The notes beneath the pieces were generated by a model. It ran no database searches, had not been told where the DNA came from, and saw nothing but the letters and a program-made list of their open reading frames with translations. From positions 74,712,001 through 74,776,000 of the forward strand of contig NC_086097.1 in assembly GCF_963921235.1 (NCBI RefSeq): 64,000 bases of DNA, written 5' to 3'. Both the position numbers and the translations under genes were made by a program. Within the stretch, counting starts at the first letter, position 1, and every line of letters begins with the position of its first letter. Shown here one piece after another: positions 36,323 to 49,004 of this stretch. This DNA comes from Mobula hypostoma. Lineage: Eukaryota.

Positions 36323-39300
36323 ACCACGGAGATATTGTGTGGCTCCATGTATTTGCTAAAATGGTAAGGTTAAACTTAATCTATAAAGGACTTATCTGGA
36401 GCTTCTGTGTCACTGAAATGCAAATTAATTTCACTTAAAGGTTAATTAATTTTTCTGCTTAGCAAAATCATGGGTGAGACAAACTAAAGAGTTGGATTTG
36501 GTAAAATTGCATGTTAGTTCAATACACAGTAGTAATCTCTCAGTTCATGTTTAATTTTTGAGCTCTGGCTTAAAGTTGAACAATCTTACATTTAACTGAC
36601 AAAATCATTTGGGACATAAATCAAGCAAATTCCAAAGAATGTACGTAAGTTTTAAGAGTATCCTTTAGAGACCAAACTTCTTTAGAATGTGCTACTGAAT
36701 ATAAACTTTTAAGGGTAAGATGCATAAAGCAAATTATAGTATTGCTATTGCTCAGATTTTTCACTTGTATTAGATTATGCTATTTTAACATGTTGCTCTG
36801 ATTTATTTGCCAATATTCTAGTACTCTGCAATTTAAGTTATTGATAATTTTGATTTCTTAGATACAGAGGCAGAAATGTTCTTCTTATATGTTATATTGT
36901 GTCTGAGCTGGCCATCTTTTAAAGACGTGGTTGATTTGCTCAAAGCAGACATACTCTGAGATGGGTAACAAATTAATTACTGTTGGATGCATCCTGTGAT
37001 CATTTAATGCAATTCTTGTTTTTCTTCCCTTCATGTTTGGTCTATTTTGAGTAAATAGTGGCTAGTCAATGTTTTACACAAAGTATTATATATGATATGC
37101 CTGCTTGAAAACTTTCAAAGATACTATTATTGATTATCATTCATTGGTAATTGACCCCTGTTTGCAAAATAATACTGTATATTATTAATTGACTATGTCA
37201 GTAATTATTTCCCATCATCCTTATTTTATGTAAGCAGAACTTAGTGGAACCATTTAAATCCTTATAATTTGCCTTGTGTCCTTAATTTTGCAATTTGAGA
37301 AACAAAGGATATAATTTGTGTGAAAATATAATTTCCTTTCAGATTTGTTATGTTATAAATGCAGTGGATCAGTGCTAGAACCTTAGCATGCATAATTTTA
37401 AGTAAACATTGAAGACAACTGGAAGTGTGAATAACAATAGTGCATTTCTGCCTATTAACCTTTTTCCTATTATTAAGGATGGTTTACTAACTTAGCAGTT
37501 TCTAGTTGAGCATCAGGCACAGAATCTAGCTTCTTGTTTAGAATCTCATTGTAAGAACAACTCTGATACTAATGTACAGACCAAGCAATGACAGGTTCTG
37601 ATTGATAGTGATTACATCTTCATGAACTCTTGCTGAAGGTCCCGAATTCCTGATGGGTCAACTATTCGACAGGGCTACTTCCTGAGAAAGCCCGGTGGGC
37701 TCAACATATCCATTTAAAGGCTGCACCCCAGTTCCTAGATTTAGAGCAATTTTTTAACCATTACTCTGTATTTAAAATAGTCAATTGTTTTAATTTACAG
37801 TAATAAATTTGACAATTATGTACAGCAGCAAATAAAAATTGTTAAATATTGACATTTATATTTTCATCAACCCCTAAATTTTAAACATTCAGATATTTTA
37901 ACATTTTTACTATTTTGTTTCCAAAATATTTGTTTTGTGGAGTAACATGCCAAAGTGGATGAATTATAAGTCATCGTAGGAAAGGTAAAGCATACCCTCA
38001 GCAATCATCAACAATTCTCCATGCAGTTTCCTGATGGAGTGCATCATAAATATGCAGCCCATTATCTTCTGTTATTTTCTTACTTTTCCCTTCACATGGA
38101 AGCTGCAACTTTGTCAGACTAGGTTACAGTCTCCACAGAAATCCTATGGATGTAATTGTTGCCTTTTGGCACAGTTTCCCAATAGTTGGGAAGTGACAGC
38201 CCCTCAGAGGCAGATTATTGTATCCTCAGGCATGGAGCACACAGAGACCGTTCAGTTTTGTGGAGTATGAGTTGCATTAGAGAGAGAAGAAATAATGTTT
38301 GCAATAAATATAGTGTGATGAACATGCTATAACATAACAAAACAAACATTCTAAGTCTACAGAATGACCTAGACTCTATCCAATGACAATATGGCTTCAA
38401 AATAGTGCCACTTGACATTATTTGGGCCACTGTTATCTTGAACCGAGTGAAACATGGGTGAAATTTAGCTTTGTTTGTTGATCTTGGCAGAAATAGCAGA
38501 AAATGTAAGTGCACTCTTTAACTCTTCTTGTTCATGGAAGATATGAAACTTTTGATCTAATTCATCAGATTCAGCAGCTGCCAAAGATACTGATTAGCCT
38601 GAAATACCAACTGGTGCAGTCATGCTGCCCAGCATTCTGACTCATGTCCCAGATAAATCCCCAAAGTATATTTTTCAGTGCAAGAGATAAAATAGGCATG
38701 TCCTATTACTTTAACTCAATGAATGCAGCCTCTTTGTTGTGCAGGTTACAGTCAGAGCTGCCATGATCTTATTGAATTGCAAAACAGTCTACTCCTGCTC
38801 TTAATCTGGTATCAATTACTCCAGTTGTAATCTCAAATCTGCAGTTCTGCTAATCAGTAATCTTTCACCCGCTAATTTGTCAAAAATCTAACTCTGCCTT
38901 TAAAATTTCCAAGGACTTGACTTCTGCTGCCCTTTGAGGAGAGGAGTTCAAAGATTCACAACACCATGAGGGCAGAAAATTCTAGAATACTGACTCTGGC
39001 AAGTTCTGGATTTTCCCTCAAAAGGAAACATCCTCTCCACATCTATCCTCTCAAGGTCACTCAGGATATACTTCAATCAAGTCATAGTTCGTTCTTTTAA
39101 ACCCTAGTGAATAGAAGCACAGTCTGTCAACTTTTCCTTAAATTTTCTAAGTTTCAAAGTACATTTAATATCAGAGTATATATACATTATACAATCTGAA
39201 ATTTGTCCTCTTTACAGAGTAATATTTTAGTTGTTAGTCTAGTCAATTTTCCTGCAGTGGCTTTCTGTTTCCTGGTAGCCAGCCAATCTTTTATTCATAC

Positions 39301-39573
39301 CAATAAGTTTTCAGCTCAACCATGAGCTTTTATTTTCTAAAGTAAAATTTGATGCAGCACCTTATCAATACCTCCTGGATATCATCAATACAGCACATGT
39401 TTTGTCAAGGGACAGCGACTTTCATTTGCATATTTTCACTTTGATAAAGCTATCACCTTCAATATGCAGATACTTATGTGAAAATTGTAAATAATACAGC
39501 CAGATGAGTTTAATTAAGACAACCAAGTTTTCTGAATGTAATTTAAAAATAACCTTTTACATCTGATTTTCAG

Positions 39574-39724
39574 ATTTGGACCCGGATTAGTGATCTACTG
39601 GTGTGGATTTGTTGAGGGTTTGGATTGTCATCGTGAACGTGGAATACTATTAAAAGATTGCTTCCCTGAAGACATTATAACCTACCACCACACAACAGCC
39701 AGCATTGACAGTGGAAAGAGGTGA
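39574..39724 (+). CDS. CDIN1: CDIN1/C15orf41 terminal coding exon
   Basis: Acceptor ttttcAG (39572-73). AG from the upstream exon + A gives Arg, then [49 protein letters not shown] (TGA 39722-24). Phase fits the 7841-7946 exon and the sequence matches the CDIN1 C-terminus. Too short for the ORF track. Confidence 0.95.
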
Positions 39725-40074
39725 ATCCGGAAGCAATTTTGCCTTCCTGCAGTGCTAACTGCTGGCAACATTTCTCCTGAACTTTAGTTGAACTTCTGCT
39801 GCCCTAGGTCACCATAATACCTCTTTAGAAAAACACATTCAGTGTTTCTGCTTTACTTCACCAACACACTCTGTGAGCAGCCAAGAACTACAAACACGTA
39901 CCTCTCATTATCAGCATCCCTGTCTGTGTCAAGACTTGTAGATAGTTTAATCTTTCTAACATCCGAACTCTAGTTCTGGAGAAGGGAAGAATTCTGGTGC
40001 TGGAAATCTAATTCAAAATTTTGGACTTGGCAGAAGAAAAAAAAATCATCTATCTTAAACTTTCAGCAATTAAT

Positions 40075-40080
40075 AATAAA
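40075..40080 (+). promoter_or_regulatory. Candidate CDIN1 polyadenylation signal
   Basis: First AATAAA I found after the stop codon (about 350 nt downstream), followed by T-rich sequence. Confidence 0.4.
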
Positions 40081-40179
40081 TGACATTTTGCTGTATTTTA
40101 ATGCATTACTTCTGCAGAAGAATATCATTTCTGGTATTTGCTAGTTTGAGCTCTGTCTTGGAAAAGATTACCAGGCAAT

Positions 40180-40510
40180 CAGCAAAAATAGATCCAATTA
40201 CGTGCTCAGGGCCTCCGTGAAGAACTGTAACATCTCCACTGACTCTTGATGATTTCTAGTCCATGACTGCTAAAAGTGGAGAAGGAGAACTTGGAATGGT
40301 ATTGAGAACCTCAAGTCCATGTGCCAGTAGCTCACAGAAACCCTGCGTAAGTGGCAGAAAGAGTACACCTCAAAGCAATGCCCGTGTCTGCCTCAACAGG
40401 TACTATTTACCCTATCTGTAGAAGAGTCTGTGATGGCCATCTCATACTCAACAAAAAAAAACAACATAAAAGCAAGTCAATCTCAATCCCAACAAAATGT
40501 ACAAGAGTGA
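40180..40510 (+). mobile_element. Old RTE-like LINE 3' remnant
   Basis: Decayed L.ASVK.CNISTDS..KWRR..GIENL and a C-terminal PIC.RVC..H zinc-knuckle-like remnant. Confidence 0.5.
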
Positions 40511-43111
40511 GAAAATTTTCTTAAATAATCTTAAAAGGTCCTTATATTCTTTATCTTCATTCATATTGGTTAATTATCATCTCCCTTAGGATATCTGTTT
40601 GTTTCAGTTTCAAAGTGGTAGATGATGAGATCTGGACTCTGAGTGGGTAAGATAAAAATTGAAAACTAAAAACTCCAAGCAGCAGATGCTATAAATGAAG
40701 TTACTTGTTCAAAGGTAGGAATGTAATTTAAGTTTCCACTTTAGGTGAAACCATGCCATTTCCAACTATGGCATGACAGTGAAGGTTTTGTGCAACCTTT
40801 TTGTTGCATCAATTAGTTCCATAAACTCAGCAAAAGTTTCACTGAGTGATTGTTTTGATATGTATGTATGTTTCGGAAAAGCATGAATCTAGATTTGGAA
40901 AGTAATGTGGATTGTCAATTTATGTCATCTTCCTAATAACTGCCCTGTTCACTGCTAATGGACATGGAGCAAATTAATTCCAACTTTTAAAATGACCACT
41001 TATCGTGAGAGCATTATTCTGTTATTTTTCACGTTTCTTATCCCTCTCTCTCCACCCAAAGTTGGCACTGAATATTCTGTAACCAACATAAAAGGTGTAC
41101 AAATAAGTTTCCAGTTCACATCCAATGCAGCAACAACTGAAGTTGCAAAGTTTTAGTATTTCCATCCCTTTGCCCTCACTTTCCTGTCATCTTTTTAACC
41201 ATAAAACTCACACAGTGGAAAAACATTAGATATATTTTACTTGCTCTATAGCATCAAATATTTGCCATGGTAACAATGCCACCGACTTTTTGATATAAAC
41301 ATGAAATCCTTAGTGCTTTTTGATCCTAATTTATTCTGAAGTTTCTGTGCTTAGACGAACCTCTTGACTGACCTGCCTGTTATTGATTGTAACTGTTCTA
41401 TTAAACACTATGACTGCTTTTTATAGATGTGTTCTGTAAGATCCAAGTATCATATACTTGTGAGTTGCTGTCTGCCGTGACTCTTTACTGGTCTGTTCTA
41501 TAAATAGAGCTAAGCGTATGTCTTGTGTACTGCAGTTAATGCACTTAAATGTGTGGTACTTACTGAGACTGGGGCTAACCCAGACTTCTCCTTTGAGAAA
41601 TGATTACAGTTTTATGTGCAAGGGATGTTTACTGAGAAGTTGAGAGCTTAATAATGTACAAATATACAATAACCAAACCTTAAAGAAGTGCACCGTGACT
41701 CCTTTGCAATGACAAGTGTTGTACAATTTTAAAAGAACTTCTCCTGAATGCCCTTGCCTCAGAAAGCTGCATTCTATGTAGTTTACAGCCGTGTAAGCGT
41801 TTAGAGGATGTGTTCTGACTGTCAGTGGTATAAAACCAAATGAACAGTTCAGTTTTACATGGTATGTCGACTTATCCAGTCAAAAGAAATGTGTGAGGAA
41901 TCAGAAATGTGTGTCAGTTTATTCAATAGATAGGATCTTCATTTGGTTGTTCCTTCTGAAACTTAGTTCAGGTGCATTGAAGTGCTTCTGCTAACATTCT
42001 CTTCTATTCCATGACTAATTATGAAGGAGGAAAGCTTCAAAATAATTTATTTGGAAGTTTGCAACTTTGATAAGTTTGTGCATTTACTTTGAAAGCATTT
42101 AAAATGAACGCAGTAACAAGAAATTCTCTATCATGTCTTGGATACTGATATATTTCAAGCCCAGGATTCATAAAGATTTAACCTTTCCAATTACATTGTA
42201 ACTGTATTCATCTTAAAACTGTTGGGGTATATGTCCAATCGAACTGTCAAATGAAGTTGCTCCTAATTCTGTAATCTTTTAAATAATAACTATAAATAAT
42301 AGTGGATTGTTACAAAACAGATTCTAAGAAAAATGTTCAGTTTGTTTGGTGTCTGCCTTTCCTCTTATTGTTTAAATGTGGCTTCAGTATAAACAGCAGC
42401 TTGGGTCATCTGTTTCAGCAATTGATCATTAAACCTTACTTAAAGCTGTAATGAATCATCTCAGTTTGTTTACTTCTTTAACTTGACTCTGATTACTCCC
42501 ATTCCCTTTTCTTTTGAAGGTCTTGAATATGGTTGCATGGAAGCCAGTGTCCTCCAGTACTAGACCCATGTATGTATTATTCCTCTTTGAGCCTCAATTG
42601 GACCACTGTTATAGCCAAACCCAATCGTGACCTCACAGCAGGAGGTCACTAGAATAGTATTTCAGCAGTGAATACCATGGCTGATTGACCTCTATCCATC
42701 ATTTCTTCCAGCCTAGAAATACCCTATCACCACGTGATTCTAGGCCTACACTGCTTGTCAAATGAGGTTTTAGCACAGAAAGATGCCCTTTATTCCAGTA
42801 AATGCTGGCTCCTTTCAATTCCATTTACGGTTCTTTCCCTCTGACGCTGCAGACTGTTTCCTGAACTGCTTATTTAGTTCCCTATTAAAAGTCATCTTTC
42901 TATCATGCTTGCCAAACAGTGAACTTCACATCATAATCACTGAGATTAAAAAAAAGTTTTCTTTAATTCACCTCTTGTACCTTTTGTTCATAACTTTAGA
43001 TCTGTTTTTGGTGGCTATTGAGCCATCTGCTAGTGGGGACAGCTTTTCTGTATTTCCTTTTGCTAAAGCAGTAATGACCTTGTACATTTCAATCACATCT
43101 TCACTCAACCT

Positions 43112-43325
43112 TCAGCGGGTCAGGCAGTATTTGTGGAAGGAGAAGCAGTTAATGCTTCAGGTCAAGGGCACTACCTTGGAAATGATTAGCTATTGTGATA
43201 AAGTACCCTGGTCCTGAAACATTAACTGTTTCTCTTTCCACAAATGCTCCTCGTTCTGCTGAACATTTTCACCATTTGCTGCCTTTATTTCAGATTTTTA
43301 ATATCTGCAGTTTTCTGATTTCATT
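43112..43325. mobile_element. Fold-back mini-element made of two inverted PLE terminal units, inside an old CR1 remnant
   Basis: 43112-43168 is the inverted repeat of 43207-43262. Confidence 0.7.
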
Positions 43326-43821
43326 TTTCCTCCACTCAACATTCCTTGCTGCAGGGCAAAAAGCCCCAGCTTTTCCAGTCTAAACATGTCTGGAATCCCT
43401 CAACAGAAGAAGTGTTCAAGTTGGATTTTTCTGCGTACTTTGTAGAACCTTCATGTTTTTCTTAATGTGAGATGTTCAGAATTGAATACAATATTTGTGG
43501 CCTAACCAATGTTACATAAGCATAGAAAGGTACAGTCCAGTACAGGCCTTTAAATTCATGATGTGCCAATCAATATAAAATTACTCCATGATCAGTCTAA
43601 CACTCCTTCAACCCATCCCTGCTACTTAGTCCGTAACAATTTTACTTCTACGTGCCTAGTCTTTTAAATGTCACTATTGTATCATCCTTTACCACCACCC
43701 CTGGCAGTGCATTCCAGGCACCCACCACTCTGTACAAAGAAACCTACTTCTGACATCTTCCCTAAACTTTCCTTCACTCACCTGAAACTGATGTCCTCTG
43801 CTATTGGCCATTGCTGCCTTG

Positions 43822-45161
43822 TGACAGGAGGAAACTGGAGGTCCATAAGCCAGTATTCATCAGGGATCAAAGATAGAGAAGGTCAGCAGCTTTAAATTCC
43901 TCAGTGTTATTATTTCAGAGGATCTGTCCTGGGTCCAGCATGTAAGTGCCACTAGGAAGAAAGTATGGCAGCGTCTCTAGTTCCTTAGAAGTTTGCAAAG
44001 ATTCAGCGTGTCAGCTAAAACTATGACAAACTTTTATAGATGTGTGGTGGAGAGTGTGTGACTGGCTGCATCATGGCTTGCTGTGGAAATACTAATGCCC
44101 TTGAATGGAAACCCTACAAAAATTAGTGGATATGGCCCAGTACAGCACAGGTAAAGCCCTCACCACCAGTGAGCACATCTACATGGAGTGCTCTCGCTGG
44201 AAAGCAGTATCCATGATGAAGGACCCTTACCACACAGGACATGCTCACTTCTCATTGGTGCCTTCAGGAAGAAGGTACAGCAGCCTCAGGACCAACATCA
44301 CTTGGTTCAGGAACAGTTATTTCCCCTCAACCATCAGGCCAGAACCAGAAGGGATAATTTCTTTCAACTTCACTCGCCCCATCACTGAACTATTCTCACA
44401 GCTATACACTCATTTTCAAGGATTCTTCTCATATTCTTGATATTTATTGCTTATTTTACAGTACTGTGCAAAAGTGTTAAGCACATATATAGATGGGATG
44501 CCTAAGACTTTGCACTGTACTGTATTTGTCAACATGGAGCGGACAGCGGTTTGTAAATCTGGTGGGAACAAAGGATGTTGGGAGTATTGAGGGTGGAGTT
44601 CCGTGGGAGGGAGTGTGAGACAAGTGACAGAGGAAGAGTACATGGGATGGGGGCTGGCATGGGTGCAGACACACCCAGCCATGAAAACCAGCCAAGGTAA
44701 TTTGATTCCAAATGATTGGTTTATCATTACAGAAGGTTCTCTGCTGCTTCCAGTTCACTCCCCTCTCCCTTCCCCTTTTCCCAACTATGATTCCCCTCTC
44801 CCTACCCCTTTCCCACTCTCAGTCCACGATAGATCCATATAAGAATCAGGTTTATCACCACTCACTCGTGAAATTGGTTCCTTTTTTGCGGCAGCAGTAC
44901 AGTGCAAAACATAAAATTACTACTGTACTGTGCAAAAGTCTTAGGTACCCTAACTATATATACATTATGTGCCTAAGACCTTTGCACTTTATATATTTTT
45001 TTGTATTCGTATAGTTTGTTGTCTTTTGCACATTGGTTGCTTGTCCATAATGATTCTATTGTGTTTGTTGGACTTACCGTGCCCGTCCGCAAGAAAATGA
45101 ATCTCAGAGTTGTATAGGGTAATGTATATGTACTTTGATAATAAATTTACTTTGAACTTTG
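43822..45161 (+). mobile_element. Rex1/Babar LINE 3' fragment nested in CR1
   Basis: FKFLSVIISEDLSW, KDPYHTGHAHFSLVPSGRRY..FRNSYFP; tail aataaatttactttgaactttg. Confidence 0.85.
44459..44988. mobile_element. Tc1-like composite MITE
   Basis: TA|CAGTACTGTGCAAAAGT TIR; palindromic units of about 65 bp at both ends (44459-44522, 44923-44988). The host Rex 3' UTR resumes afterwards. Confidence 0.8.
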
Positions 45162-45641
45162 AAAAAGTGCTGGCTGTCTATTCTATCTGTGCCTCTCATA
45201 ATCTTATACACCAATGTCAAGTTACCTCTCCTCCTCCATCACTCCAAAGATAAAAGCCCCAGCTCACTCGATCTTTTCTCATAAGACATGCTCTCTAATC
45301 CAGGCACCATTCTGGTAAACCTCCTCTGCACCCTCTCTAAAGCTTTCACATCCTTCCTTTGACAGGGCAACCAGAAATGAACACAGTACTCTCTTAGTGT
45401 GTTCGAAACATTGTTTTGTAGGGCTGCAACATTACCTTACGGCTCTTGAACTCAATCCCCTGACTAACAAAGGACAGCACAATGTGGGCTGCCTTAACCA
45501 CCCTATCAACTTCCATGGCACCTTTGAGGGACCTATGGAATTGGATCTCCATGATCCCTCTTTCCTCTAAACTGCTAACAATCCTGCCATTAATCTTGTA
45601 CTCCATCTGCCACTTTTCTACCCAACTGTGCATCCTGTGTA

Positions 45642-45774
45642 AAACAAGAGAAAATCTGCAGTTGCTGGAAATTTGAGCAGCACACACAAAATACTGGAGG
45701 AACTCAGCAGGCCAGGCAGCATCTATAGAAAAAAGTACAGTCAATGTTTCAGGCCGAAACCCTTCAAAAGGACT
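45642..45774 (-). mobile_element. 133-bp PLE terminal-unit insertion
   Basis: TSD tgcatcctgtgta / tgcatcctatcta (45629-41, 45775-87; 11/13). Confidence 0.8.
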
Positions 45775-46071
45775 TGCATCCTATCTATATCCCATTGTAA
45801 CCTACGACAAACTATTACACATTGTCCACAACACCTCCAACCTTCATGTCATCTACAAACTTAACCCACGCTATCATTTCCTTACCGAGGACATTTATAA
45901 AAATCACAAAAAGCAGGGGTCCCAGAGCAGATCCCTGCAGAACACAGCTACTCACCGAATTCCGGACAGAATATGCTTCATCTACTGACACCCTCCGCCT
46001 TCTGTGGAGAAGTGAATTTTGAATCCATGCTGCCAAGTTTCCATGGATCCTGTGCCTAGTTCATCCACCCC

Positions 46072-46480
46072 ACCCCAGTGTTGGATGATGATTCCAAGTA
46101 ATGGTGTCTCATCCCAGTGTTGCATAATGATTCTGCGTAATGGCATCCCATGCCAGTGTTGCATAATGATTCCAAATAATGGGATCCCATCCCAGTGCTG
46201 GATGATGATTCTGTGTAATGGGATCCTATCCCAGTGTTGCATAATGATTCCGAGCAATGGGATCCCATCCCAGTGTTGGATGATGATTCTACGTAATGGA
46301 ATCCTATCCCAGTGTTGCATAATGATTCCGAGTAATGGGATCCCATCCCAGTGTTGGATGATGATTCTGTGTAATGGGATCCCATCCCAGTGTTGCATAA
46401 TGATTCCAAGTAATGGGATCCCATCCCAGTGTTGCATAATGATTCCGAGTAATGGAATCTCATAACGATTCTCTGTAATG
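46072..46480. repeat. 39-bp minisatellite, 10 full units plus a partial one
   Basis: Unit atcccagtgttgcataatgattccgagtaatgggatccc starting at 46072, 46111, 46150 ... 46423. Confidence 0.97.
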
Positions 46481-49004
46481 CTCCTCCTTTGGTACACTTA
46501 ATTCAGCATCAAGTGCACATGGTTCCTCTGTTCCTGCACAAATGGCTACGTACAGCACATTTTTATCCACCTGCCAAAGTGCATCCACTGCACTTCTGTG
46601 TTTTAAATTCTGTCCTTCAGTTCACTTCCTATTCCTGTTCTATCAGTCTTATGTCCCCATGATGGAGACACAATATATTGCAGGTGGAAAGAAACTCAGC
46701 AGGCCAACTAGTATCTGTGGTTCAACTCAGATAAAGGGATTCAATTCAGAAAGTTAACTGTCCATTTCCCTTGGCAGAGTTCCTCCAGCAGCCTGTTTTT
46801 CATGATCTTCTAGTACTATTATTTACTATCACTCATCTGCTATTTTAACATTTCCCTGCACACCCATAACCAACAAATTAAATACATTAAAGTGTTCCTA
46901 GTGCTATCCCTAGGGAACATCACAGTGCACCTAAAGTGTGAAAACTGCTTATCACAGCTCTGCTTCCTGCCTGTCCTAGTCAAATACTTATTCAAGCTGC
47001 TTCTGACCCTTTTATTCAGTTTCGCTGAACTTAATTACTCATTAGATCATCATATTAAATCATTGTGACCCAAAAACTCAGAGTGAAAAGTAATTTTAAA
47101 GAACACAGATAGTAATACCACAGAGCAGGAATAAGTAAGCACGTGAAATATAGAGGACAAAAATGACCAAAATATTGTAAATTGAATATTAAGCACCAAC
47201 AGGTGCCGTCTGTTACGTGGCTGAGTACAAGCAATTCCAGTTATGATCATTTATTTTCAATTTTCTATTGTGCTTGGGTATCATAATTGTGAAAGGATGC
47301 CTAAAATCCAGCAATAAATATAGAATATGAGTTCTAACTTTATTTTGGAAATACATCCAGTGCATATCTTCAACAGATGTCTTGTGTTTTTACACTCTTA
47401 ACATCAGATGAACCTACTTTCTTTGGGACCATTCTTTCCCTTATTTTGATTCTGTGGTTCATATGCATATCTAAAGCACTAAAATCTATTAACTTAAATT
47501 GAGGATAAGGCATTCTGTATGAAGTTTGGCCAAATTTTACTTGATCCATAGCTACAGTATGCAGGTTTTAACAAATAACTTAAGGAAGAGAATTAAGGGA
47601 TTGTATTTAAACAGTTTTGACCTTAAATAGTATCAGTATAAATGTTGGTTACATTTATTGAGGAATAACTCGGGAGGGTACCAACTGCCTTGTGATAGTA
47701 TGTGAGATTGTGACTGATCTATGATATCCCCATTTACATTTTGTCCTGTATTCCTTACTACAGAAGTTCTTCAAAGTTTAATTTAAAATTAACAATGGCT
47801 GATTATCTACTGTACATCTCCCAATTCATTGCATGTAGAAACGTTTCTGTGCAACTTTCTTGAAAAGCCCGGTTCAAATTTTGAAAATCTTGTCCTCCAG
47901 TGAAGGCAACTTAATCATCAGAAATATTTTTCCCTCCCTATCTGATCAGTGTTTCTTAATATCTTGAAAAATGTTATTAAATTAATCCCCAGTTTTCTTA
48001 ATTCCCAGAGTTTAATCCATAGTTTGTGAAATCACTCCTTTCAATTTAGCCCTTGCAGGCAAGGCATCTTTTTTGTAAGTCTACATTACACTCAAGTCCC
48101 GTATATCCTTCCTGAGATGTGTTCAGAACTGAACACAATACTCTGGCTGTGGTCTAACCAGGGCGTCGTTCAACTGTAATTTAAAGTGTACCCTCTGGAA
48201 ATTAATTAATAGTCCAGATATGAGACTACAGATACTAAAATATTTTATGAGGCAGTTTCAGATATTAGAATTTAAATTTAAATTCTAGTCTTCTGCATAT
48301 AGAGATCAGAATTACGTTCACTTCTTTAATTATCTTCCATTCCTGTCCAAGATATTTTAAGGAGCAAAGATTTTCTCAAGGAAGTAGGAGCAGGACAAGT
48401 CCCTGAATGTTTGCTGTGATCATAGCTGATCTATGCTGGCCTCAACTCCTGCTTAGTTCTCCAGAATCCTAAATTTCTTGATCTTTCCAGTAGTAAATAT
48501 AAAATATGAATTTTGATCTTATTTTTAAAGAAAAGTAGTATATCTGTCCAATAAATCTGTTTCAGCATTCCTATTGCATGAGTCAAGTTTGCAGTTTCCA
48601 TTAGTAACAATCTCCACTTCAGTTTTTCTCCAAAGAGAGTACTTTTTTCTGTCTTTTAAGTACACAAAGTGGAAGGCATTACATGTTACTGAAACTTACT
48701 TACCAAGTTCTGGCCCTTAATCCTTAGCAATTTCATAGTTCCATGTATAATGCTTATGAAAGTATTCAAAAAAATTAATAGCTATTACCATGTGAAACAA
48801 AGATTAATGATTTGAGAACAGTGGCAATAGGCAAAATAATTCACTGTAATATTGGAAATCTGAAAGCTTGCATATGTTATTAATTAACTAGCCTCAAGAT
48901 CTCACCATTATCATTATTCACTCTGGATTGATTTTGTTTTTTTTTGTGTGAGGGATATCAAGGTTATAAAGAGGAGTACTTTTTTTTTAAATCAGAAAGC
49001 AAAG

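Larger units (their letters stand above)
43520..46060 (-). mobile_element. CR1 3' part, interrupted by a Rex LINE and a PLE mini-insertion
   Basis: QGSALGPLLFVIFIN, KFVDD, KWQME fragments; tail catagaaaggtacag at 43521. Confidence 0.85.

Noticed and set aside
46072..46480. CRISPR-like array or repeat-protein gene (ORFs of 171, 148 and 135 aa)
   Set aside because: Units are head-to-tail with no unique spacers, the context is eukaryotic, and open frames follow trivially from a 39-bp period.
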